Virus record (IMG/VR): IMGVR_UViG_3300028048_000052 | Span: 96,001-160,000 of that record | Origin: a virus | Lineage: Duplodnaviria > Caudoviricetes | DNA: 64,000 nucleotides | Direction: 5' to 3' (one strand) | The notes under the pieces: model-generated | What the model saw: only the letters and a program-made list of their open reading frames with translations | Told to the model about the DNA's origin: nothing | Databases searched by the model: none | Shown here: piece after piece, positions 31,409-42,985 of the stretch | Numbering within the stretch: position 1 is the stretch's first letter | How the letters are laid out: each line of letters opens with the position of its first letter | Translations under genes and position numbers: made by a program

Positions 31409-31924
31409 ATGATTATAAAATGTAAATGTACTGTTTGCGGGAAAGAATTTGACGCATTAAAAAGTACTGCAAAATATTGTAGTAAAGAGTGTATGAATAA
31501 AGCGCGCAGAATTAGGGTGGCAGAAGAAAAAAATAATCCTAAAAAAAGAAATGAAAACGGGATGACAGAAAAAACATGCTTGCTTTGTGGGAAACCGTTT
31601 TCTCCTAAAACCGCTGCGGCGAATAATAGAAGCTGTTGCTATGAATGTATGCCAGATGGAGTTCAATTGAGACGTGGAGATTTTTTAGCAAAAATTAAAA
31701 AAATACGCGGAGGGCAATGTGAGCGATGCGGTTATCATACTTCTATAAAAGCGCTTGAATTTCACCATTTAGATCCAAACAAAAAAGATTTTACTATTAG
31801 TAATGATCATTTTAAATTAGAAGAGGCTTTAGAAGAAAGTAAAAAATGCGTATTGTTATGCGCAAATTGCCATAGAGAACTTCATGATGATGTTTGGAAA
31901 ATTGAAGAATTAGGATATAAATAA
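31409..31924 (+). mobile_element. HNH endonuclease with N-terminal Zn fingers
   Basis: CERCGY..LEFHHLDP...KCVLLCANCHRELH. Confidence 0.8.
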
Positions 31925-31940
31925 GAAAGGGGGCGATATA

Positions 31941-33112
31941 ATGGAACTTACAGTAAAACAACAGGAAGCTCTTACGCTTGCTGTTTCTCGCTATGTCAAT
32001 GGAGAAGCATACACATGTATTAGCGGGTATGCTGGAGTTGGTTAGGTAAAACAACATTGATTAGTTTCATTATTTCCGCTCTTGGATTACAACCATGGGA
32101 AGTTTGCTATATTGCCTATACCGGTAAGGCAGCGCTGGTATTAAAAAGCAAGGGATGCGAAAATGCCATGACAGCACATAGATTGTTATATATTTCTCAT
32201 CCAAAAGCAGATGGAACTTTCTTTCATATGCCACGAAGACCTTTACCACCTTATAAAATAATTGTATGTGATGAGATATCAATGTTACCAAAAGATATGT
32301 GGGAGCTTCTTTTATCTCATCATATTCATGTTATTGCGCTTGGAGATCCGGCCCAATTACCTCCTATCACAGAAGATAATGGGGTATTGGCAAATCCGCA
32401 TATATTTTTGGATGAAATCGTACGTCAAGCCCAAGATAATGAAATCATTAAATTGAGCATGGATATTCGTGAAGGAAAACCTTTACAATTATTCAATGGT
32501 AACCAAGTTAAAGTAATTGATAAAAAAGATTTAAAATCGGGAATGTATACTTGGGCTGATCAAATTATTTGTGCTAAAAATGAAACACGACGCCAAATAA
32601 ATGAGTATATGCGTGAAATGACATTGGGTATGAAAACACCCGACCCAGTGGAAGGTGATAAAGTCATCTGTTTAAAAAACGATTGGGATAGTATGAACGC
32701 TTATGGAGATATGTTAGTTAATGGCACCATTGGAACTATTTCTTATATTCGATATGATGATAATAATAAATATTTAAAACCCCATGTTGAATGGGATTTA
32801 TTACCAGATGGTTATATCCCATCTGAGTGTGCTGAAGATCCATATTTTAGAGATTTGAATATTGACTATAAATTATTAACAACTGGTGAACCAACAGTTA
32901 CACAAAAAAATTTTAGAAAATTTCCTCAAATTTGGAAACCAAAAGAATTTGATTATGGTTATTGTATTACCTGTTGGAAAGCGCAGGGTGATCAGTATAA
33001 TAAAGTATTATTATTTGAAGAGGGATTCCCTTTTGAGCCAGAAGAGCATAGAAGATATCTCTATACTGGTATTACAAGAGCAGTTGAAAAATTGGTAGTC
33101 GTAAGGAAATAA
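31941..33112 (+). CDS. RecD/Dda-like SF1B helicase interrupted by a 5-nt insertion in Walker A
   Basis: MELTVKQQEA..ISGYAGVG[TAGGT]KTTLI; DEISM, GDPAQLPP, RQ, KAQG, YTGITRA downstream. Confidence 0.85.
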
Positions 33113-33187
33113 CTTTGGGCATTTTAAGATTGACTATTTTATAAAAAAATGGTATAATAAATAGAGTAAGAAAGAGTAGAAAAACAT

Positions 33188-34552
33188 ATGAAAAATGAAT
33201 ATGGTTATCTTCCAAATGAGACGCCATCGTTAGGTAAATTACTTTTATATGCTTTACAGCAGGTAATTGTAATGTTTCCAGCGACAGTTACCGTAGCATT
33301 GATTACTGGTTTCCAAGTATCAACAACGATATTCGCGTCAGGTTTGGCGACTTTGTGTTTTATTTTAATTACACAAAAGAAAATTCCTTTGTACTACGGC
33401 TCAAGTTTTGCTTATTTATCTGCTGTTAGCGCAATGGTTATGGCAGAAGGAACTGCTGATCAAATTGCAAGTTGGCAGGCAACAGGAATTTTACCGACTG
33501 AATTAATTTCAAAAGCACAATTTGGAATTATTATGTCTGGATTTGTATCAATTGCGGCTGGATTGCTTGTAAAGAAATTTGGTAAAGACTCTGTTGAAAA
33601 AGTTCTCCCGGCTTCAATTACTGGTCCAGTATCTATGGTCATTGGTCTTACGTTAGCTGGAAACGCTTTAAGTGATGCTATTTCAGCTGGTAATACCGCA
33701 TGGTGCATTGTCGCATTAATTACTTTAATTTCTACTATGATTTATTCAAGATATTTAAAAGGATTATTGGGACAATTACCATTATTATTGGGTGCAGTTA
33801 CTGGTTGTATTGTAGCTGGATTATTCGCATTATTTGGAATTAATTTATTTAGAAGTATTCCAACAGAAGCACTTAATTCACTTTGGTCTTTTGGCCCATT
33901 TGCAATTCCAGCTTTCAGTTTACCGAAATATAGTTGGGCGGCTTTAATTGGAATTATGCCAATTGCTATTGCCACTATTCCAGAGTCAACTGCGCATGTT
34001 TATCAGTTAGATCTTTATGTGCAAGATATTGCAAAAAAGAAAGGTGTTGAAGCTGATAGAATTGAAAATCTATTAGATAAAAATTTAATTGGAGATGGTT
34101 TGTGCGACATGATTTCTGGACTTATCGGTGGTCCAGCTGGAACAAATTATGGCGAAAATATTTCCACAATGGCGATTACGAGAGTATTTAGTATTCCTGT
34201 GTTAATTGCCGCTAGTATTATTGCAATGATAATTTCTTGTTTTACGCCTTTAATTCAAGGAATTTATGCTATTCCGTTAGCTGTAATTGGTGGTTTAGAG
34301 ATTTATCTCTTTGGAGCAATCGCAGCGCAAGGTATGGCAATTATGATAGATAAAAAAGTAGATATGTTTGATAGTAAAAATATTGCTGTTATTGCCACAA
34401 TTGTTATTGTTGGTATTGGTGGACAATATGCATTTGGTGGAAATATTCCATTGTTTGGAATGAATATTCCTTGCGTTGCTGGGGCAGCGATTGCTGGTAT
34501 TCTAATTAATGCTTTATTATCGATAAAGAAAAAAGGAGTAATGAATGAATAA
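33188..34552 (+). CDS. NCS2 uracil/xanthine permease (UraA/PyrP-like)
   Basis: YYGSSFAY, ESTAH, GDG, TNYGEN signature; multiple TM segments. Confidence 0.9.
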   Translation: MKNEYGYLPNETPSLGKLLLYALQQVIVMFPATVTVALITGFQVSTTIFASGLATLCFILITQKKIPLYYGSSFAYLSAVSAMVMAEGTADQIASWQATGILPTELISKAQFGIIMSGFVSIAAGLLVKKFGKDSVEKVLPASITGPVSMVIGLTLAGNALSDAISAGNTAWCIVALITLISTMIYSRYLKGLLGQLPLLLGAVTGCIVAGLFALFGINLFRSIPTEALNSLWSFGPFAIPAFSLPKYSWAALIGIMPIAIATIPESTAHVYQLDLYVQDIAKKKGVEADRIENLLDKNLIGDGLCDMISGLIGGPAGTNYGENISTMAITRVFSIPVLIAASIIAMIISCFTPLIQGIYAIPLAVIGGLEIYLFGAIAAQGMAIMIDKKVDMFDSKNIAVIATIVIVGIGGQYAFGGNIPLFGMNIPCVAGAAIAGILINALLSIKKKGVMNE

Positions 34553-35909
34553 TCTTTTAGAGAAATGGTTTCATTTGAAAGAGAATGGCACTACATTAAC
34601 AACCGAGTTAATTGCTGGTCTCACTACTTTTGCGGCAATGGCATATATTATTGTCGTAAATCCTGCTACATTGGCTGGGTTTGGAGAACCCGGAGCGATG
34701 TTTATTGCTACAATCTTTGCATCTGCGCTTAGTACGGCTCTGCTTGGTTTAATCGCTAATATCCCATACGCCGCGGCGCCGGGACTTGGGTTAAACAACA
34801 CCGCCGCCAACATCCTTGCTGGCTATACAGCTTACCTCGTAGGACTTAGCCCAGAAGGCATTATCGCAGTTGTCTTGCTCTCTGGTTTAATTAATGTATT
34901 AATTACAGTTACAAATATTCGTAAGCATATTATTAAAGCAATTCCAGAGTCATTACAGAATGCAATTAGTGCGGGTATTGGTATGTTTATTATCTATATC
35001 GCATTATGCAATGTTGGTTTGGTTCATTTCACTTTCGGTATTCCTGCTATTAGCACGACAATTGATTTTAAAGTATTATTAGTATTCATTGTTGGCTTAT
35101 GTTTAACGGTTTATCTCTTATTAAAAAATGTCAATGGCGCAATCTTAATCGGTATTGTTGTTGCTACTCTCTTAGGTATTCCTCTTGGAGTAACTAATTT
35201 CAGCACTGGTTATAGTATTGGTGAAGCATTTACTGCTTATGGCCATTGGTTTGGAACTCCTATTACAAAGGGTCTGCCAGAATTATTTAGTGATTTAAGA
35301 AATATCATTCCTATCTTGATTGGTATTTTATCCTTCTCGTTGTCTGATATTTTTGATACAATTGGTACATTCATTGGTACTGGTAAAGTTAGTGGTATCT
35401 TTAATGACGCTGATTTAGAAGATATGGAAAGCGGTTCTGGTTTTGATTCAAAAATGGATAAAGCATTATTCGCAGATGCAATTGCTACTCCTATTGGTGC
35501 TTTACTCGGCACATCTTCAACTACTACTTATGTTGAATCTGCGGCTGGTATCGGCGCTGGCGGTCGTACAGGATTAACCTCTATCGTTGTAGCATTATGC
35601 TTCTTATTATCATTACCATTCGCTGGTTTCGTTAGTGGTATCCCATCAGCGGCAACAGCTCCTGCATTAATCGTAGTTGGTGTTATGATGATGGCATCAT
35701 TAAGAGAGATTAATTGGAATGATTTAGAAGAAGCAATCCCTGCAATGTGTGCAAGCGTGCCTATGGCATTAACCTATGGTATTACAAATGGTATTATGTT
35801 AGGTTTCTGGGCATACACGTTTGTAAAACTTTGTAAAGGAAAGATAAAAGAAGTCCATCCAATCATTTTGGTAAGTGATATCTTGTTTATCTTAAACTAC
35901 CTAATGTAA
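34545..35909 (+). CDS. NCS2 AzgA/PbuG-like guanine/hypoxanthine permease
   Basis: TELIAGLTTF.AMAYII.VNP, APGLGLN, DIFDTIGT, TTYVESAAG..GGRTGL. Confidence 0.92.
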   Translation: MNNLLEKWFHLKENGTTLTTELIAGLTTFAAMAYIIVVNPATLAGFGEPGAMFIATIFASALSTALLGLIANIPYAAAPGLGLNNTAANILAGYTAYLVGLSPEGIIAVVLLSGLINVLITVTNIRKHIIKAIPESLQNAISAGIGMFIIYIALCNVGLVHFTFGIPAISTTIDFKVLLVFIVGLCLTVYLLLKNVNGAILIGIVVATLLGIPLGVTNFSTGYSIGEAFTAYGHWFGTPITKGLPELFSDLRNIIPILIGILSFSLSDIFDTIGTFIGTGKVSGIFNDADLEDMESGSGFDSKMDKALFADAIATPIGALLGTSSTTTYVESAAGIGAGGRTGLTSIVVALCFLLSLPFAGFVSGIPSAATAPALIVVGVMMMASLREINWNDLEEAIPAMCASVPMALTYGITNGIMLGFWAYTFVKLCKGKIKEVHPIILVSDILFILNYLM

Positions 35910-35913
35910 AAAG

Positions 35914-35970
35914 AATGGGTGGGGCTTAGGGCTCCACCCATTGATTTTTTTTATAAAATATGATATAATA
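35914..35970 (+). terminator. Terminator overlapping the dnaE sigmaA-like promoter
   Basis: AATGGGTGGGGC-ttagg-GCTCCACCCATT hairpin, then TTGATT-N17-TATAAT. Confidence 0.65.
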
Positions 35971-36010
35971 TAAATGTAAAAATAGGAAGAAAGTGAGGTG
36001 ATATAGAATA

Positions 36011-39000
36011 ATGAGAACATATTTTGGAGCACATAACCATACTCATTATTCCTAGGTAAGTCCAATTTGCGACTAATTGATTGTATCAATAAACCAAAGG
36101 ATTTAATTAATAAAGCAATAGAGTTGGGGTTATCTGGTATCGCTATAACTGATCATGAAAGTTTATCCGCAGGGATGGAAGTTAATCAATATGCAAAAAA
36201 GATTCACGAAAAAAATCCTAATTTTGTTATTGCATTAGGTAATGAAATTTATTTAACAGATGATAGAAGTAGTGGGCAGAAATATTATCATTTTATTATA
36301 ACAGCAAAAAATAAAAGAGGTTATAGAGCATTAAAAGAATTAAGTTCAATCGCTTGGTATAATATGTATAGTGATAGAGGTATGGAAAGAGTTCCAACTT
36401 TAAAAAGCGAATTGAAAGAGGTAATGAAAAATTATAAAGGTGATGTAATAGCACAAACTGCTTGTATTGGTGGTGAATTATCTCAATTAATTCTTGAAAT
36501 GGAACATGCGAGAGAAATTAATGATAAAGAGAATGCGAATACATCTTATTTAAAGATTAGAGAATTTATTGATTTTTGTATTGATGTATTCGGCAAAGAT
36601 GATTTTTTTATTGAGTGTGCGCCAGCGAATAATCCCGACCAGATTAAAGTAAACAAGAAATTAATTCAAATAGCGAAAGTTTATGGATTAAGAATGATAT
36701 TTGCGACAGACGCACATTATTTAAGACCAGAAGATAGAAGTGTTCATAAAGCATTTTTAAATTCAAAAGATGGCGAAAGAGAAGTTGATGAATTTTATCA
36801 ATATTCATATTTAATGAATAGTGATGAAGTTGAGGAATTATTAAGTTATAGTTTTGAAAAGAAAGATATAGATTGGTTATTTGAAAATACTTTATATTTA
36901 CAAAATAAGATAGAAAATTATAGTTTAGAAAAACATCAAGATATTCCAGAAGTAAAAGTTAAAGATTATCCAAAAGTAAACAAGAAAGAAGAATATGCGG
37001 TTTTATCAAGTTTATATAACTCTGATAATATTCAAGAAAGATATTGGATTAATCAATGTGAAGAAGCATTAATTCAAAAAGGTTTAGATAAAGATAAAAG
37101 GTATTGGGATAGATTAGAAGAAGAAGCAACAACAAAAAGAATTGTTGGTGAGAAACTTCAAACTTGTATGTTTAGTTATCCAAATACTTTACAACACTAT
37201 ATTGATTTGTTTTGGCGTTGTGGTTCAACGGTTGGCGCAGGAAGAGGTTCTGCGTGTAGTGGATTAAATCATTATCTGTTGGGTATAACTCAGTTGGATC
37301 CGATTAAATGGAATTTGCCGTTTTGGAGATATTTGAATCCAGAACGAGTTGAATTAGGTGATATTGATTTGGATTTGGCGCCAAGTAGATTACAAACAAT
37401 ATTTGAAGAAATTAGAAAAGAAAGGGGAGAACTTGGTTTAGTTCAAGTTTGTACTTTTGGAACAGAAGGTACAAAATCAGCAATTCAAACAGCTTGTAGA
37501 GGTTATAGAAGTGTTGATTATCCCGATGGTATAGATGTAGATGAAGCACAATATTTATCATCGTTAATTCCAGTAGAAAGAGGATTTCAGTGGAGTATTA
37601 ATGATGTTATAAATGGAGATGCGGAAAAAGGCAGAGTGCCTGTAACTCAATTTATAAATGAGATTGAACAGTATCCGGGATTATTAGATATTGTCAAAGG
37701 CATTGAAGGATTAGTAAGTAGAAGAGGAAGTCATGCGTCGGGTGTAATTTTATTTGATGAAAATATTTATGATGATGCAGCGATTATGAGGACTCCATCT
37801 GGGGCGATTGTAACTCAGTGGGATTTACATATGCAAGAAGCCGCAGGTTCAGTTAAATATGATTTCTTATTAACATCAGTTCAAGATATTATTATTGAAA
37901 CGATTAATCTTTTACAGAAAGATGGTAAGATTGAAAAAGATTTAACTTTAAGAGAAATATATAATAAGTATTTACATCCAGAAGTATTACCGCAAGATGA
38001 TAATAAAATGTGGGATGCATTAGCAAATGGAACTGTTATAAATTGTTTCCAATTTGATAGTGCAGTTGGTTCTCAGGCAGCGAAAAAGATTAGACCTCAT
38101 ACGCCAATGGAAATGGCGGATGCTAATGGTTTAATGAGATTAATGGCAGCCGAGAAAGGCGCAGAAACTCCATTAGATAAATATGTAAGATTTAAAAATA
38201 ATATTAATTTATGGTATCAAGAGATGAAGAAATGGGGATTAACCGAAGAAGAAATGAAAACGGTTGAACCATATTTTAAATCATCTTATGGGGTACCACC
38301 ATCACAAGAACAATTGATGATGATGTTAATGGATAAAAATATTTGCGGATTTGATTTAAAAGAAGCAAACGCGGCGAGAAAAATCGTTGGTAAAAAACAG
38401 ATGGATAAGATTCCAGAGCTTCATCAAAAAGTATTAGACCAAGCCAAGAGTAAAGCGTTAGGTAAATATATTTGGGCACAAGGTGTTGGCCCGCAGATGG
38501 GTTATTCATTTAGTATTATTCATGCATTAGCATATTCATTTGTTGGTATGCAAACTTTATATTTAGCGACTCATTTTAATCCAATTTATTGGAATACGGC
38601 GTGTTTGATTGTTGACAGTGGGTCGTTAGAAGAAAGTAGTGATAGCACAAATTATAGAAAGATAGCGATAGCGATTGGTAAAATGAGAAAAGCTGGTATT
38701 AATATTAGTTTAGTTGATATTAATAAGTCAGGTTTTGGATTTGAACCAGATGCAGAAAATAATAGAGTGTTATTTGGATTAAAAGCGGTAATGGGTGTTG
38801 GCGATGAAGTCACGAATAAAATTATTGAGAATAGACCTTATAGTTCAGTAAATGATTTTATTGAAAAAGTTAATCCAAATAGGACAGCGATGGTTGCATT
38901 AATAAAAGGTGGAGCGTTTGATGTATTAGAGCCAGATAGAATCAAATGTATGAAAGATTATATTTGGGAAACTTGTGATAAGAAAAAGAGATTAACGATG

Positions 39001-39870
39001 CAGAATTTAGCGGCGTTAATGAAATATAATTTGTTCCCAAAGAATAAATATAAACAAGAAAAAAGAGTTTATGAATTTACAAGATATTTAAAAGCAATGT
39101 GTAAGTTAGATAAAGAAACTTACAAACTTGATGACAGATGTATTAAATTCTTAACTGAAATTGAAAGTGATGATTTAATAGAACAGAATGATAAGAATGA
39201 GTTTATATTAAAAGCGAAAGATTGGGATAAGGTTTATCAATTTAATATAGATAGTTTTAGAGATTATATTAATAGCCATAAAGATGAATTATTAGATAAG
39301 TTAAATAATATTATCTTCAATGAAGATATGGAAAAATATGCGAAAGGAAATATTTCATCTTGGGAAATGGAAACATTATGTTTCTATTATCACGATCATG
39401 AATTAATAAATGTTAATAATGATAAATATGGTTTAGTTGATTTCTTTGATTTAGATACAGAACCAGAAGTGGAAAGAACTTATACAACAAAAACTGGGCA
39501 TAAAGGAAATATATTTAAGTTATCAAAGATTGCGGGAACCTGTATCGCGAAAGATAAAATAAGGTCAACTGTATCATTATTAACGGTTAATGGTGTTGTT
39601 GATGTTAAATTTAGAAAAGAATATTTTAGTTTATTTGACAAACAAATATCTGAAAGAATGCCAGATGGGACGAAACATGTGGTTGAAAAATCTTGGTTTA
39701 ATAGAGGCCAGATGATTATAGTTCAAGGATTTAGAAGTGAAGATAATTTTATTCCAAGAAAATATGGAAATCAAGGTCATCAGTTATACAGAATAACAAA
39801 TATTGATAAAGATAATAATTTAATGATTCAAACAGAAAGATATAATGGCGGTTTTGATGAAGAAAATTAA
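36011..39870 (+). CDS. dnaE: DNA polymerase III alpha (DnaE-type) interrupted by an 11-nt insertion after codon 14
   Basis: MRTYFGAHNHTHYS[TAGGTAAGTCC]NLRLIDCI; AITDHE, GRGS, DIDLD, HASGV, KYDFL, YSFSIIHA. Confidence 0.93.
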
Positions 39871-39952
39871 AGGACATTTTAAGATAAAGTATTTTAAAGA
39901 TTTCTTAATTAATTATGAAACCTAGAAATAATTTAACTACTTAGGAGGAATA

Positions 39953-42900
39953 ATGATGAAATATGTGATTAAACGAGATGGGCGAAGAAAGGATTTCAAT
40001 GAGGCAAAAATTGAAGCGGCTATTTTAAAAGCATTTATTGCGGTTGACGGTGAAGCAACAGATTACGCAAAAGAGAAAGCAAAAAATATAGCTGATTATA
40101 TTAATAATTTAGAACAAGAAGAATTAACAGTTGAGGAAATCCAAGATTTAGTAGAAAAAGGATTAATGAGCTGTAAAAGAAAAGATGTTGCAAAAGCCTA
40201 TATTCTTTATAGAGAAGAAAGAAGCAAAGAAAGACAAAGAAAAACAAGATTAATGGGCGTTATTAAAGAAAAATTAGATGCCTCTAATGTTGTTAATCAA
40301 AATGCTAATGTAGATGAGCACTCTTTCGGCGGAAGAAAAGGTGAAGCAACAAACGAACTGATGAAGCAGTACGCCCTTGATTATTGCGTATCTGAATTAT
40401 CAAGAAATAATCATTTAAATAATGAAATCTATATTCATGATTTAGATAGTTATGCTGTTGGTATGCATAATTGTCTTACAATCCCATTTGATAAATTATT
40501 AGCAGAAGGATTTAATACAAGACAAACTGATGTGCGCCCTGCTAGCAGCGTAAATACTGCGTTTCAATTGGTAGCTGTAATTTTTCAATTACAATCATTA
40601 CAACAATTTGGCGGTGTTAGTGCTAGTCATTTAGATTGGACTATGGTTCCATATGTCAGAAAGAGTTTCTTTAAACATTGGCGAGATGGGCATAAATTTT
40701 TATTAAATGATAATGATGCAGATAACTTAATATTTTTTGCAGATAAGTCAATTGATGATGAATATTATAAAGATGGTGCTTATGAATATGCTATGGCTAT
40801 GACACAAAGAGAGTTAGACCAAGCTGTTGAAGGCATGTATCATAATCTTAATACCCTTCAATCAAGAAGTGGTAATCAATTACCTTTTACCTCAATTAAC
40901 TATGGTACTTGCACATTGCCAGAAGGAAGAATGGTTATTAAATCATTATTAGATAAATCTATTGAAGGCGTTGGCAAAGTTAGAAAAACTCCAATTTTCC
41001 CTTGTGGAATTTTCCAATGCATGAAAGGCGTTAATAGGAAACCGGGAGATCCTAACTACGATTTATTCCAGTTAGCCTTAAAATCAACTGCTAAGAGATT
41101 ATATCCAAATTATGCCAATATTGATTGGAGCAATAACGCTGGATATGATATAAATGATCCAAAAACTTATTTTAGCACGATGGGTAAGCGAAACTTAGCT
41201 CATCTAAAATCTTTTGAACCACGCTCGTGGGTGTTCGCTTAAAGCGAGCTAACGGTTAGGCCCCTCTGGGGTGAGACCGTGCTAAGATTTATCATAATAC
41301 TCATATTGGAGAAAATATGTGAGTATATAAAATTACAAATATTCAAAATAATAAAGTTTATATTGGTCAAACAATAAGACCAATAGAGCAAAGATTTAAT
41401 CGTCATATAAATGATGCATTAAACAATATATTAGATACTCATTTTGCAAGAGCGATTAGAAAATATGGCAAAAACAATTTCAAAATTGAAATTATTGACA
41501 TGGCTCAAACGCAAGATGAATTAAATAAAAAAGAACAATATTGAATTAAATATTATAATTCTACTATTGATGGTTATAATGAAACGGATGCTATTTCTAA
41601 ATGCGGTGGTAATACTTATAAAAGTAAAACTTTAAAAGAAATGGCAGATATAGAAGAAAAAATACGAAAAACAAAAATAGGAAAATTAAATCCTATGGCT
41701 CGTAAAATTAAAAGAATAGATGTTAATACCAATGAATTTGAAATTTATGATACGATAATTGCTTGTGCAAAAGCTTGTGGTATAAAAAATGGGAAAACAT
41801 CTATTTCGCAAAGATTAAATGGGAATATAAAAACACCCTATAAAGATAAATGAATATTTGAGTATTATGATAAATAAAGTGTACAGACTATCCCTGATGA
41901 ATGTAAGGGAGTAGGGGTGGAGATAAGCACCACTCCGAAGCGGAAGACTACTTAATAGTAGAAGATATAGTCGGTACCAATGGTAACATTGGAAAAATAC
42001 GTGCAGAACGGCAAATGGCGCTGATATTAATGCAGAACCGGGCACAAACCCACAAACAAAAGATGGTAGGGGAAATATATGCCCTGTTACCATTATTTTA
42101 CCAACATTAGCAATGGAAGCAAAAGAAATTTCCGGAGATACTGTTGATAATTTCTTTGATATTTTAGAAAGAAAACTTGTTGAAGCAAAAGATATGCTTA
42201 TCGAAAGGTATGAATATATCTGTTCTCAAAGTCCAGAAAGTGCAAAGTTTATGTATGAAAATGGTACAATGTTAGGATACCACCCAGAAGAAGGAATTCG
42301 AAGTGCATTAAAGCACGGTACTCTTGCTCTTGGTCAATTGGGCTTGGCTGAAACTTTACAAATTTTAATTGGTAAAGATCATACAACAAAAGAAGGCATG
42401 GATTTAGCAAAAGAAATTGAGGAATTGTTCCAAAAGAGATGTGCAGAATTTAAACAAAAATATCATTTAAATATTGGTGTTTATTATACTCCTGCTGAAA
42501 ACTTATGCTATACAGCAATGAAAAAGTTTAAAGCAAAATATGGGGAGATTCCAAATGTAAGTGATAGGGAATATTTTACAAATTCAATTCATGTTCCTGT
42601 TTGGGTAAAGATTGACCCATTTACTAAAATTGATATTGAAAGTCAATTAACTGGCTATTCAAATGCTGGTTGTATCACTTATGTTGAATTAGAAGGCACG
42701 GCTGGTAATAACCTTGACGCATTAGAACAGTTAGTTAATTATGCCATGGATAAAGATATCCCTTATTTCGCAATCAATGTTCCAAATGATACTTGTCTTG
42801 ACTGTGGTTATACCGGCGAATTTAATGATAAGTGTCCTGTTTGCGGAAGCACCCATATCCAACAGTTAAGAAGGGTTACAGGGTACTTAACTGGTAATTA

Positions 42901-42985
42901 TACAACGGCATTTAATCTTGGAAAACAAGCCGAGGTTCATGATAGAGTAAAACACTCAGAGCAACTCTCAGATTGGAGACGATAA
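39953..42985 (+). CDS. nrdD: Anaerobic ribonucleotide reductase; exons 39953-41185 and 42002-42985
   Basis: ATP cone; splicing restores FSTMG|CRT; TPAENLC; CxxC..CxxC; RRVTGYL glycyl-radical motif. Confidence 0.95.
41186..42001 (+). ncRNA. Group I intron in nrdD
   Basis: Exon ends GGT; GTACAGACTA...AAGATATAGTC core; terminal G at 42001; frame restored. Confidence 0.9.
41317..41877 (+). mobile_element. Intron-encoded GIY-YIG endonuclease (3 TGA, including codon 2)
   Basis: M*VYKITNIQNNKVYIGQT...AIRKYG..EQY*IKYY..GYN; NUMOD3-like tail. Confidence 0.85.

Noticed and set aside
32043-36055. TAG reassignment as the explanation for the helicase and dnaE breaks
   Set aside because: Reading through TAG stays in the wrong frame, and TAG is a normal stop for several genes here.
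36054-36061. AG|GTAAGT match to the spliceosomal donor consensus
   Set aside because: Bacterial phage context with no spliceosome; treated as coincidence.
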